64,000 bases of DNA from Alphaproteobacteria bacterium. Lineage in GTDB: Bacteria > Pseudomonadota > Alphaproteobacteria > MPNO01 > UBA830. How positions within the stretch are numbered: position 1 is the stretch's first letter; every line of letters starts with the position of its first letter. Shown one piece after another: positions 43,924 through 53,547 of the stretch. The stretch is taken from contig OZ251539.1 in NCBI GenBank assembly GCA_965243135.1, positions 864,001 through 928,000 on the forward strand, given 5' to 3'. The notes beneath the pieces are model-generated. The model had not been told where the DNA came from. It worked only from the letters and a program-made list of their open reading frames with translations, and did not search any database. Position numbers and translations under genes: made by a program.

Positions 43924-45161
43924 CGAAGGTCCTGCCGCCTCCGAAGCGGAAGGATCCGCGCCGACGCACGCGGATGCCGACCCTGCCGCCCGGCAACCGT
44001 TCCCGCGAGGCCCAGGGCCTTGCGGCGATGGCGGCGGTCGGCCGGTTCGCTCTGCAGACCTGCGCGGACTGCGAAGCGGTTCAATATCCGCCGCGGCAGA
44101 TCTGCGGCAAATGCCTCGGCGACGCCCTCGAATGGAGGGACGTGCCGGACGGCGGCACGTTGCTTGCGGAGACCACGCTGCGGCATTCCAACGACTTGTA
44201 CTTCCGCGACCGGCTTCCGTGGCGTCTCGGCATCGTCGCCGCCGACGCCGGCCCTTCGATCGTCGCGCATCTCGCCGAAGACTGCGCGCGGGGGGAGCGC
44301 GTTCGCCTTTCGCTGGGGATCGATCCCGCAGGCAACGCCGTGGCGACGGCGCGGCCCGAACGGCCGACCCCTCGTCAGGAGGACGACGTCCAGCTGCGCG
44401 AAATGGAGTTCGATCCCCGGCACAGGCGAATTCTCATCGTGGACGGCAAGACGGAACTTGGGCTGGAGCTTGCGAAAGCGTTCGCGGACGCGGGCGCGCG
44501 AGACATTTTCGCGGGCTTCGCGCAACCCTGGAGGGAGAGCCGTTACCTGAACGAAATGCGCAAGATGGAACGAGTCACGCCGTTTCCTCTCGACGTGACC
44601 GATACCGATTCCGTCGAGGAGCTGGCGGCCATGATCGGCCACAAGGTCGAAATCATGGTCAACAACTCCTATCATCTTCGGACGGGCGGCTTGATCGATC
44701 GCTTCGACATCAATACCGCGCACGACGAGATGGAGGTCCACTATTACGGCCTGATGCGGCTGGCGGGGCACTTCGGGCCGACGATGCGCGCTCTCGGAGC
44801 CGACGGCCATCACGCCGCCGCCGCGTGGCTGAATATTTTCTCGGCGTACGCCTGGATCAACAATCCCGCGTTGGGCACGTACTCCGCTTCGCAGGCGGCC
44901 GCTCTTTCCCTGTCCCAATGCCTGCGCGCCGAACTGACGGCCGGCGGCGTGCGGGTGGTCAACGCCTTCATCGGCCCCATCGAGGACGAGTGGCACCAAC
45001 TGGCGCCGCCGCCCAAGCTGCTTCCGGCCGGGATCGCGCCGCGCGTCGTCGCCGCTCTCAAACGGGGCGTCGAGGACGTCCCGATCGGCGCGGTGGCCGA
45101 AGAAATCCTCGAGCGAATGGCGGAAAATCCAAAGGAGATGGAACGCGCCATCCGTCTCTGA
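43920..45161 (+). CDS. Zn-ribbon/OB-fold (DUF35-like) domain fused to an SDR oxidoreductase
   Basis: CADC...YPPRQICGKC N-terminal domain, then LDVTD, NN and YSASQ SDR core. Confidence 0.82.
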   Translation: MTKVLPPPKRKDPRRRTRMPTLPPGNRSREAQGLAAMAAVGRFALQTCADCEAVQYPPRQICGKCLGDALEWRDVPDGGTLLAETTLRHSNDLYFRDRLPWRLGIVAADAGPSIVAHLAEDCARGERVRLSLGIDPAGNAVATARPERPTPRQEDDVQLREMEFDPRHRRILIVDGKTELGLELAKAFADAGARDIFAGFAQPWRESRYLNEMRKMERVTPFPLDVTDTDSVEELAAMIGHKVEIMVNNSYHLRTGGLIDRFDINTAHDEMEVHYYGLMRLAGHFGPTMRALGADGHHAAAAWLNIFSAYAWINNPALGTYSASQAAALSLSQCLRAELTAGGVRVVNAFIGPIEDEWHQLAPPPKLLPAGIAPRVVAALKRGVEDVPIGAVAEEILERMAENPKEMERAIRL

Positions 45162-45178
45162 CGGCGCGCGAGAGAAAC

Positions 45179-45982
45179 ATGGCGAAGGAAGGACGTACAA
45201 CTCTCCTCGGAAGCCTGCTGACCGGCATCGTCGACGGGAGCATCCGGGTCGTCGATCTTACGATGACCCTCGATCAACGCACCCCGACGATCGTCGTCCC
45301 GCCCGAGTGGGGGCAGTCCTGGCCGTTCCGCATGGAGGTGATCTCGCGGTACGATCGCCGCGGTCCCGGCGTCTATTGGAACAACGTTTCCTGCGGCGAG
45401 CACACCGGCACTCATTTCGACGCGCCGATCCACTGGATCTCGGGCAAGGATCTTCCCAACAACGCGACCGACACGATTCCTCCGGAGCTGTTCGTCGCGC
45501 ATGCCTGCGTCGTCGATTGCTGCGCCGAAGCCGACGCGGATCCGAACTATCTGCTCACGGTCGAGCGAGTCGCGGAGTGGGAGGCGCGGCACGGCCGGAT
45601 TCCGCCGCGTTCCTGGCTGTTGATGCGCACCGACTGGTCCAGGAAGGCGGATCCGGTCGCTTATCTCAACATGGGCGAGGAGGGCGCGAATACCCCGGGC
45701 CCTCACCCGGACCTCGTTCCCTGGCTGATCGAGGAGCGCGACGTGGTCGGTTTCGGGGGAGAGGCGGTCGGCACGGACGCGGGGCAGGCGGCCCACTTTC
45801 CGGTCCCCCATCCGTGTCATCACATGATGCACGGCGCGGGCCGTTTCGGCCTTCCGGCCCTCACCAACCTCGACCTGTTGCCGCCGCAGGGCGCGGTCGT
45901 AGTCGCCGCTCCGCTCAAGATTCGCCAGGGATCGGGAAGCCCGGTCCGGGCGCTGGCGTTCGTCGAGGACAAGCGGACATGA
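45179..45982 (+). CDS. Cyclase family metallohydrolase (KynB/isatin hydrolase-like)
   Basis: EHTGTHFDAPIHW (HxGTHxDxPxH) and GSGSPVRALA. Confidence 0.88.
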   Translation: MAKEGRTTLLGSLLTGIVDGSIRVVDLTMTLDQRTPTIVVPPEWGQSWPFRMEVISRYDRRGPGVYWNNVSCGEHTGTHFDAPIHWISGKDLPNNATDTIPPELFVAHACVVDCCAEADADPNYLLTVERVAEWEARHGRIPPRSWLLMRTDWSRKADPVAYLNMGEEGANTPGPHPDLVPWLIEERDVVGFGGEAVGTDAGQAAHFPVPHPCHHMMHGAGRFGLPALTNLDLLPPQGAVVVAAPLKIRQGSGSPVRALAFVEDKRT

Positions 45983-47526
45983 CCGCGCCGGTTTACGTTC
46001 CGCCGCCGGAAGCGGTTCAAGCGGGGGCGACGACGGTCGGTCGGCTGTTCGCGGAAACGGCCGCGTTGAACCCCGGGCGGACGGCGTTGGTCGAAGGCGA
46101 CCGGGAGCTGACGTACGGAGAACTCGCCGCGCGGGTCAACCGGCTGGCCGGAGCGATGCTCGAAAAAGGGATCGGCCGGGGCGACAGGGTCGCGCTGCTG
46201 GCTCGCAACTGCATTGCGTTTCTCGAGGTCGAGCTGGCGGCGGCGAAGATCGGCGCCATTGCGGTCAACTTCAACTGGCGCTGGGCCGAGGCCGAAATCG
46301 CGCACAGCCTCCGCCTGACGTCCCCCCGTCTGGTCGTCGCGGCTCCGGAATACGCGACCGCGCTGAGGGCCGCCGGCCGCCCGCCCGATCTGTCGTTCGG
46401 CGCGGAGTACGAGGCGGCGCTTCAAGCTTTCGGGGACGACGAACCGAACGTCCGCGTCGAGGCGGAGGACGGGCTGGTGATCATCTTCACGAGCGGCACC
46501 ACGGGACTGCCCAAGGGCGCGCTGATCAGCCACCGCGCCATGATCGCCCGCAGCCTGATCTACGCGAGCGAGTTTCACGTTCCGAAAGAAGACACTTTCG
46601 TCGCCTGGTCGCCGCTGTTCCACATGGGGGCCAACGATTTCGCTCTGGCGACGCTGCTGCGCGGGGGGAGGGTCGCGGTCGTCGACGGTTATCGGCCTCA
46701 GGAAATAATACGAATCGTCGAAACCTGGCCGGTGCACTGGCTCATCGTAATACCGGGCATGATCGAGGACTTCATCCGGCAGTTGAGGGACGCCGGAGCG
46801 AAACCGAAGCCGGTCGGGATGATCGGGGTCATGGCGGATCTCGTTCCGCGGGCGTTGATCGCGGAGATCTCGACGCTGCTCGACGCTCCCTACGTCAACA
46901 CCTTCGGCTCGACGGAGACGGGAAATCCGCCCGCGAGCGCGAACTTCATCGCCGTCGGCGCGACGCCGGAGAGATTGTCCAAGGCGCAGACCGGGTTCTG
47001 CGAGGTTCGTCTCGTCGATTCCGACGACAACGACGTGCCCGACGGCGAGGCGGGCGAACTGGCCATCCGAGGTCCCAGCCTTTTCTCCGGTTATTGGGGC
47101 AACGACGACGCCAACAGGGAGGCGTTCCGGGGCGGCTGGTTCCACATGGGCGACGTGTTCCGCCGCAATCCCGACGGAACCCTGGATTTCGTCGACCGGG
47201 TCAAGTACATGATCAAGTCCGGCGGCGAGAACGTTTATCCGGCCGAGATCGAACAGCACATCATGGCCGACGCGCGCATTATCGACGTGGCGGTCGTGCG
47301 CAAGCCGGACGATCGCTGGGGCGAAGTGCCGGTCGCGTTCGTCGCGAGCAACGACGAGACCCTCAGCGCCGAGGACGTCGTCGGGATGTGCAGGGGCAGA
47401 ATCGCCGGCTACAAACTCCCCAAGGAAGTCCATTTCGTGGCGACGGACGATCTTCCGCGGACCCTCACCGGGAAGATTCAGCGTCAGGCCCTGGAAGAGC
47501 GGCTGAGCGGCCGGAGCCCGGCCTGA
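45979..47526 (+). CDS. AMP-dependent acyl/aryl-CoA synthetase
   Basis: FTSGTTGLPKG, FGSTE, GWFHMGD, SGGENVYP and GKI. Confidence 0.92.
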   Translation: MTAPVYVPPPEAVQAGATTVGRLFAETAALNPGRTALVEGDRELTYGELAARVNRLAGAMLEKGIGRGDRVALLARNCIAFLEVELAAAKIGAIAVNFNWRWAEAEIAHSLRLTSPRLVVAAPEYATALRAAGRPPDLSFGAEYEAALQAFGDDEPNVRVEAEDGLVIIFTSGTTGLPKGALISHRAMIARSLIYASEFHVPKEDTFVAWSPLFHMGANDFALATLLRGGRVAVVDGYRPQEIIRIVETWPVHWLIVIPGMIEDFIRQLRDAGAKPKPVGMIGVMADLVPRALIAEISTLLDAPYVNTFGSTETGNPPASANFIAVGATPERLSKAQTGFCEVRLVDSDDNDVPDGEAGELAIRGPSLFSGYWGNDDANREAFRGGWFHMGDVFRRNPDGTLDFVDRVKYMIKSGGENVYPAEIEQHIMADARIIDVAVVRKPDDRWGEVPVAFVASNDETLSAEDVVGMCRGRIAGYKLPKEVHFVATDDLPRTLTGKIQRQALEERLSGRSPA

Positions 47527-47719
47527 TCCGCGAGATCGTTTTCGACGGCGACCATCGGCGGGTTCCGGAGGTCCGACCAAGAGGGGAGAATCCGGGCCGA
47601 AGCCTCAATGGCTGGAAGGGCGCATTCTTTCGGCGCTTCGCCTTCGGGCCGGAGAATTCAATCGAAGAAGAGGAAAACGAGGAAAAGCGGGCCGGGGTTC
47701 TCGACATGCGCAGGAACGA

Positions 47720-48080
47720 CCACAGCTGCGTCGCGTCGACCGCGCCTGGGCCCCCGCTGTTCATGCCTTCCAAGGCCGCATCGTGGATACGGTGGGCGAT
47801 GGAAGCGAATCACTCCCACTTGACGACGCAGAAGACGCTCTACGTCGAGATCGGCCGGGCTCGCGACCGGGCGGTCACCGATGACCGGAACGCGCTGCGC
47901 GAGCGGCTGGAGGCCGCCACCGGCGAGCGCATCGCCGCGCGGGAGGCGGTCGCGCCGGGGAAGGGCAGAAGGTCCGAACCCGTCCACGGCCGGAAGCATG
48001 AAGGTCGCTCGGCGGAATCGCGCGAGTGGGTACCGGAATCGGAGAAGACCCGCGAGCAGCCGGAATCGGGACGGAGATGC
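47720..48080 (+). pseudogene. Remnant of a conjugative relaxase-helicase (TrwC/TraA-like) C-terminus
   Basis: PQLRRVDRAWAPAVHAFQGRIVDTV, a frameshift, then AMEANHSHLTTQKTLYVEIGRARDRA...DDRNALRERLE; resembles helicase motifs V/VI (TVHxxQG, YVxxSRAR). Confidence 0.7.
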
Positions 48081-48131
48081 AAGGCGGTTTCGCCGCTTGT
48101 CAATCGACAGGCGACGCGTCATCATTTTGGC

Positions 48132-48392
48132 ATGATCGCGTCGTTCAAACACCGAGGCCTCAAGGCGCTTTATCGGACAGCGCGGCGGGTGGCGTCTGAG
48201 CATGTCGAGAAACTGAAGGACATCATGCTGGGCCGTGGACCCAACGACATGGACTTGCCGGGATTCCGACTCCACGCGCTGAAGGGTAAGATGAAAGGCC
48301 ACTACGCCGTTTCGGTATCGGGGAACTGGCGCGTGACTTTCCGATTCGAAGACGGGTCCGCAGTTGACGTCGATTACGTGGACTATCATTGA
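48132..48392 (+). CDS. higB: HigB (RelE/ParE superfamily) toxin
   Basis: MIASFKHRGL, LPGFRLHALKG, VSGNWRVTFRF and VDYH; 86 aa. Confidence 0.88.
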   Translation: MIASFKHRGLKALYRTARRVASEHVEKLKDIMLGRGPNDMDLPGFRLHALKGKMKGHYAVSVSGNWRVTFRFEDGSAVDVDYVDYH

Positions 48393-48405
48393 GGAGGTTT
48401 GGACC

Positions 48406-48732
48406 ATGGCGATGCAAAATCCACCTCACCCCGGCGGCGTCGTGAGACGGCAATGTCTGGAGCCTCTCGGTCTGTCCGTGACGCGAGCCGCCGAAGGTCT
48501 GGGCGTCACGCGCCAAGCTCTTTCCCACCTCGTCAACGGCAACGCGGGTATCTCGGTCGATATGGCCGTCCGCCTGTCGAAGGCGTTCGGGTCGAACCCG
48601 GAGACGTGGCTGGGTATGCAGATGGCCTACGATCTGTGGCAGGCACGTGATCGCGCCGACCGGATCGTGGTCGAGCGGTTCAAGGCGGCCCGAACGAGGA
48701 AGTTTCCCGCCCCGGCAGCAGCATCTGCTTGA
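48406..48732 (+). CDS. higA: HigA HTH antitoxin
   Basis: NPPHPG, LGVTRQALS, MAVRLSKAFG and WLGMQMAYDL. Confidence 0.92.
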   Translation: MAMQNPPHPGGVVRRQCLEPLGLSVTRAAEGLGVTRQALSHLVNGNAGISVDMAVRLSKAFGSNPETWLGMQMAYDLWQARDRADRIVVERFKAARTRKFPAPAAASA

Positions 48733-48914
48733 AGCCGCTCAAGCCCAAGTCACAGCCAGCGTCCGGCGCTTCAAGATAGCCACGACCTCCGCCCTCATGG
48801 CAGCGGGGCCTCGTCCATGTACGCGGCGCAGGCAGCAACGTAAGCTCGCGCACTCTCGGCAGCGGCCTTCGCGGCGGCGAGCGCGCCCACCAGGATTTCT
48901 CTCACGGGACATAA

Positions 48915-49130
48915 TTGCCAGCAGACCGCTGAAAGCGCATCGCCAGCCATAGGCCGCTTTTGTCCGCATGCTGAACGCCTGATGATTCCTGGTCTGGCTA
49001 AACGTCAGCGAATAGGTCGCCTCAATTTCTGGCGGCAGCGCGTCGCGCGACGCTACCACGGAGCTTTGCCCATGATGCTCGAAACCTGCTGTCGCCATGA
49101 GGACGCATCCATCCTCTGGCCGACAATCCT
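48915..49130 (-). pseudogene. Possible HNH-type endonuclease fragment
   Basis: RNHQAFSMRTKAAYGWRCAFSGL resembles the R..F...V..AY..RCA.SG segment preceding an HNH core; the core itself is absent. Confidence 0.4.
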
Positions 49131-49141
49131 CTATCCATACG

Positions 49142-51146
49142 CAGGGCGAATTCAAGAATGGCGCGATCATTGCCAAGCGCCGCCCTTGAGGAGGCGGCCG
49201 CGGCGTGAGATTCGCGTCGGCGAGACGATGGCGGCGTGAAGAGACGGCAGCGGTGCTGACAGCGGTGGTGCGAGAGGCGAGGCTACTGGCGGACGTCAGA
49301 AGACCTCCGTGGACAGCTCTCGAACGGCCTGGCGCAGGTCGTAGTGCCGGTGAGCCTGCGGCAGGTAATCGTCCGCGCAACCGAACGATGGAGATCGCGG
49401 CGTTGCGAATCGAAGCCAGTGCACGGGCACTGCCCCCGACGTGGTTGCGGCGGCGGTCCTCGTCGTAAGTCATGTCGCGAACATGATGCACCCGGTTCTC
49501 GATTTCCCAGTGACGGCGAGCAATATCGAGAATCTCGGCAGGTCCTCCGTGCGATGGCGGGACGGAAGTTACTCCGTAAATGATTTCCGAAGTTGTCCCG
49601 ACGATCTTTCCCTTTCTGAGTTTCTGGCGTATACGTTCGATGCGGAACGCTTGCCGTCGCCCGGGCAGTTCAACGTACCCGTCCCAAGTTTTGTCGAGTT
49701 CGACGACCAGACAACTACGAGTGTCGATTCGACCGTGCGTTTTTTCGACCGTCTCGCTTTTACCGACCTCCTGATCGTTCCAGTCAATCGCTTTCGTCGA
49801 GTATCGTCTTCTGATTGCCCTTGACGACCATAAGATAATCGGCTCCCCTGTCCAAGATCAACTGGGTGGTTTCGACCTGAGTGTGCATGGCGTCAGCGGT
49901 CACAATACGTCCAGACAACTGCATGCTCCGTAACAACTTTCGCGCAGCTGGAATCTCGTTTGACTTGTCTGCGACTTTCACCTGACCGCAAATTAGTCCG
50001 GTTTCGTGCTCGACGGCGCCGACCAGATGGCATCCGTCCCCCCGCCGCGACGCTCCGCGCACGGATTTCCCGTCAAGGATTCCGTTGGGATCCTGGTATT
50101 GCGCGGTCCATTCTCGCAAAGCCTTGTCAAGAGCTTCCGGGTCGACATTTGAAAGCACGCGATGGAAGGTAGCTCGGCGCCGTGCGGTTTCCATTATCGC
50201 TCTGAGCGCACCTCCGCCAGCTGCGGTTGCTTCAACTTTCTGGAGAAGTCCGCTATGGCGGTCACGCTGAACAAACCGCACAGTTGCGCCGCTATCGCGA
50301 GAACCGTTGCCAAAGCGCTGACCGCGACGACTTCGGAAGTCCGGCACCGTACTCAAATACTCGTACAGACTCCCCATTCTGTGATCCGGTATCTCGTCTA
50401 CGTTCAATGTCTTGCAGTTCCAGCTCTTGTCGTCGGAAAGCATGCGAAGTTGCTTGCGGGCATCCTTTTCCAGCTCGAACATCTTTCTGGACGTTCCGTG
50501 TTCGCGGTAACCGCCGCATGCGCTCGTATCCTTTTGTGAACCCAATGGCTTGCCAGTTTGCCGCTTGGTAACACGTTCCCTCGAAACGGTCCGGATCCAC
50601 AAAAGTCTCCGCCATCAGGACTGGATGACCGTATGCCGCCTGAAAGTCGTCCGACAGGCGCTGGGTGCTGAGGGACAAAATATGGGACGCCAGATTGTGT
50701 CGCCGCCAAGGCGGAAGAATCAGTAAGCGTGCGTTGTTCGCTACAAGATGCAACCGGCGGCCACGCTGCTCGGGCGTCCAGCCACCGGTCTCGCGCCCGC
50801 AGCCGCCAGGCCCCGGCTTTCCAACCCAGCAACGCTACCCATTCCCCGTTCGGGGCCACGGCGACATGCCGCACCGCCTCGCCGACCATGCCGCGAAACT
50901 CAAGGTAGTGATGCTTCCGCATCGTCTCGTCCCACCGGTCGCGTTCGGCCCGGTCGAGCACCGGCCGAACGGCAATGTCGTTCGGCCCCCAAATGTTTTT
51001 CAGCATCATGGCCGGCACATTGGCGGCAAAAACCGGAAATGTCTAGAAAAAAATTACCCGCCGGTATTTCCGATCATTCGCCCCCTTCTTGAACGGCCTT
51101 TACCTTGCATTATCATTAGGTTAGGCTGAAAGATAAATTCGCCCTG
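49142..51146 (-). mobile_element. ISAs1-family IS with a DUF4338 N-terminal domain; transposase pseudogenised
   Basis: Terminal IRs CAGGGCGAATT at 49142 and AATTCGCCCTG ending 51146. Direct repeat ATCCATACG at 49133-41 and 51147-55. Fragments HHYL, ETFVD..RFEGTCY.AANW, DGKSVRG, KSNEIPA, TADAMH, VKGNQ and WEIEN..H.VRD..YDED lie in several frames. Confidence 0.92.
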
Positions 51147-51231
51147 ATCCATACGGCCCATCTTGGCACTTTTTTGCCGATAATGATCGCCTCAGTCAGT
51201 CATTCTGACCTATATTTTTGAAGGGCTTTTT

Positions 51232-51561
51232 TTAGTCCGTTCCTTCTTGCGCCTCGCATAGCGCCTCGCTGACCTCGATCAACTCGTTGGTCAGCCGACG
51301 CAAACGTTGACATTCGGCAATCTGCGTCCGAACGCGCTCGACATCGTCCGGCTTCAAGATTCGCGTCACCGTTTTCCCGTCCACATGGCGGGTGAACGAC
51401 CAGCTTGGTCCGTGTCCCGGGTCGCCTTCCCGAGCGCAACGGCAGTTGGGTTTGCCGCACTTGCGATAACGCGAGACGAGCGAACCCGGGCGCAGGTCGC
51501 CAATCGCGGCCAGTTCCTGGAGCAGCTGGGCTCGACGGCCTTCGAGTTCTTCCGTGGACAT
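51232..51561 (-). CDS. DUF6788-like IS accessory protein
   Basis: RPGSL....RKCGKPNCRC.....HGP; an A7G run follows at the stop. No cognate transposase downstream. Confidence 0.75.
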   Translation of the reverse strand: MSTEELEGRRAQLLQELAAIGDLRPGSLVSRYRKCGKPNCRCAREGDPGHGPSWSFTRHVDGKTVTRILKPDDVERVRTQIAECQRLRRLTNELIEVSEALCEAQEGTD

Positions 51562-51794
51562 GGAGCGCCCCGTTTCCTGACAGCTTATAGACTGATACGC
51601 CGGTTCTTCCCACATTCCAAGACTTTCCTCATGACAATCCTGTCGTGCACCCGAATCCGGGCGCTGCCAGCTCGAAAAAGCCGGCAGCCGGTCCGTAGCG
51701 GTTTCGGCGTCGAAAGAGGATTTTGCCCGGAGCGAATTTCGGGCCGATTCTCGATAAATGCATGGTCGACCCGATCGCGGCGTAAATGGTGCAT

Positions 51795-51895
51795 CAGAAT
51801 AAGTATTCTCGGAATCGACTTCTTTCTGATATCGAATCAAGCTTTCTGACGCATTTTTTCTCAAGACCTAGATCGTTCACCTGTAACGCAGACAA
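51795..51895 (-). pseudogene. 5' stub of the probable HNH partner of the ATPase
   Basis: LQVNDLGL(E)KNASESLIRYQKEVDSENTYSD directly after the ATPase stop, same low GC, with an apparent frameshift in an A6 run. Confidence 0.45.
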
Positions 51896-53188
51896 CTAAT
51901 CCGTCATCGGGGCGGTATTGCTCGGATCGCTCGACATGGTCGCCCGTAGAACGTTAAGTCTACTTTGCTCTTTTCTGGTTAATTTCTTGCTTAATCGCTT
52001 TCGATTGAGTTGGGCGAGTTCCTGCAGTTTCGCTTTCGATCGTTCCGATCTTGTTACATCCTCGCCGAAAAGCTCCGTGCTATAGGCATCCAGTATGTCG
52101 CCATCGGTCAAACGGTCCAGCTCGATTCCTGTAACCCGGCGAGGAAGATCCGAAGATCCGGGCGCGGGCAGCAACCAGACGCTTCCCTGGCGCGCTGAGC
52201 GGCATATGATTGGACTATGCGTGGTGACGAAGAATTGCGTGTCGGGAAAACGTTGGACAAACCAGTCGCCGATGAATTTTTGCCACGCAGGATGAAGATG
52301 GGCGTCGATTTCGTCGATCGCGACAACGCCGGAAAGCAGGACGGTTCCGGCTTTCCTGTCGATTTTCGAGCATGCCTCTTCCGTGCCGAAACGGACGAAC
52401 ATAATTCTCATGAGCTCGAACAGGAGGCCGAGAATTGATCGATATCCGTCGCTCATTTCTTCGATTGCAACCGTCGAACCATTGCCGTCGAGCAGCAGCA
52501 TGCGTTCGGCCGTCACTTTCTCTATGCGGACCCCGTGCGGCAATAGGTTGGCTGCGTTGACGAAATGAATTACCTCGTTCTGGATTTCCTTCGCTTCGCT
52601 ATCTCCTTCGAGCGCCCTGATCTGAAGGTCGCTCAACCACCGGAAGCTTTCGCGGAGGGCAACGTTTTCGCCGAGCGCGGACAAATGAGGGGCTAGCAAG
52701 GGATGACTCAAATAAAGCCTGTCCATTTCCGGATCCGAGCCGGAAAAACGTCGAAACGCTCCAAAGGAGGCGGAAAACCAACCGGAACCGTTCCAGATCG
52801 TTCTGTCACCATGGTTGCCATAGAATGCAACCCTTACCCTGTCTTGGTTTCCGGTTTCTTTTTTGAACGTTGTTTCGACATCAATATATTCGGCGCTTGT
52901 TCTGCCTCTTCCCGACCATCTGTCTTCCTTTCTGTGTTGTTTTAGCGTGCTGGAAATATGGCCGGATTTTTTGCCGTTTGAAAGCCACTTGGACCAGTCC
53001 TGACGGGTGGCCATGGCATTTTCCGGCCCAATGAAGGCCAACGCCAAGGCGCGAACGATAGTGGACTTTCCAGAACCGTTGTCGCCGAGAATTACATGCC
53101 AGCCCGACGATTTTTTATCTTGGCTGAGGTCGATGTCCAGCTCGTGCAAAGACCGTATGTTCCTGATCTTCAGCTGTAGAACATGCAT
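51896..53188 (-). CDS. ABC-type AAA ATPase (AAA_15/AAA_21, PtuA-like putative defence ATPase)
   Basis: GDNGSGKST, MSDGY signature, VAIDEIDAHLHP and TTHSP; visibly lower GC than the flanks. Confidence 0.85.
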   Translation of the reverse strand: MHVLQLKIRNIRSLHELDIDLSQDKKSSGWHVILGDNGSGKSTIVRALALAFIGPENAMATRQDWSKWLSNGKKSGHISSTLKQHRKEDRWSGRGRTSAEYIDVETTFKKETGNQDRVRVAFYGNHGDRTIWNGSGWFSASFGAFRRFSGSDPEMDRLYLSHPLLAPHLSALGENVALRESFRWLSDLQIRALEGDSEAKEIQNEVIHFVNAANLLPHGVRIEKVTAERMLLLDGNGSTVAIEEMSDGYRSILGLLFELMRIMFVRFGTEEACSKIDRKAGTVLLSGVVAIDEIDAHLHPAWQKFIGDWFVQRFPDTQFFVTTHSPIICRSARQGSVWLLPAPGSSDLPRRVTGIELDRLTDGDILDAYSTELFGEDVTRSERSKAKLQELAQLNRKRLSKKLTRKEQSRLNVLRATMSSDPSNTAPMTD

Positions 53189-53547
53189 AGGGCGGCTCGC
53201 TGGGTACTATTGAACATCGAAAAACATCGTTGTTGGCTTGTCAAGCGTTGGCGCCGGCGCTTCCGGATTACGCTCTCCGTTCGCAAATGCAGGGATGGAA
53301 TGTTCTTTGCCCGCGCGGGTCGGTGCAGCCCGGTTCGAAAGCCCTTGGGGGGACGCGCTCGCGGGCTGCCAGTCGGCGCGTTTTCAGCTCGATTTCGTCG
53401 CCTTCGGGCCGCGCCGTCCGTCCAGCGAAGCGGCAGGCGCAGAGCGCGACTGCGCCCGGTTTCGATGCCATGCGGAGGCGCGTCGTTGCGTCCGCGTGAA
53501 AAATCGCTTTTCCGGGAAGCCGCGGCCGGAAACGGCCCGACAACCTC

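Noticed and set aside
50292-51018. DUF4338 as Druantia DruA defence gene
   Set aside because: It lies inside the ISAs1 IRs, continuous with transposase fragments, and no other Dru genes are present.
51896-53540. Retron system around the PtuA-like ATPase
   Set aside because: No RT ORF or msr-msd structure recognised nearby.
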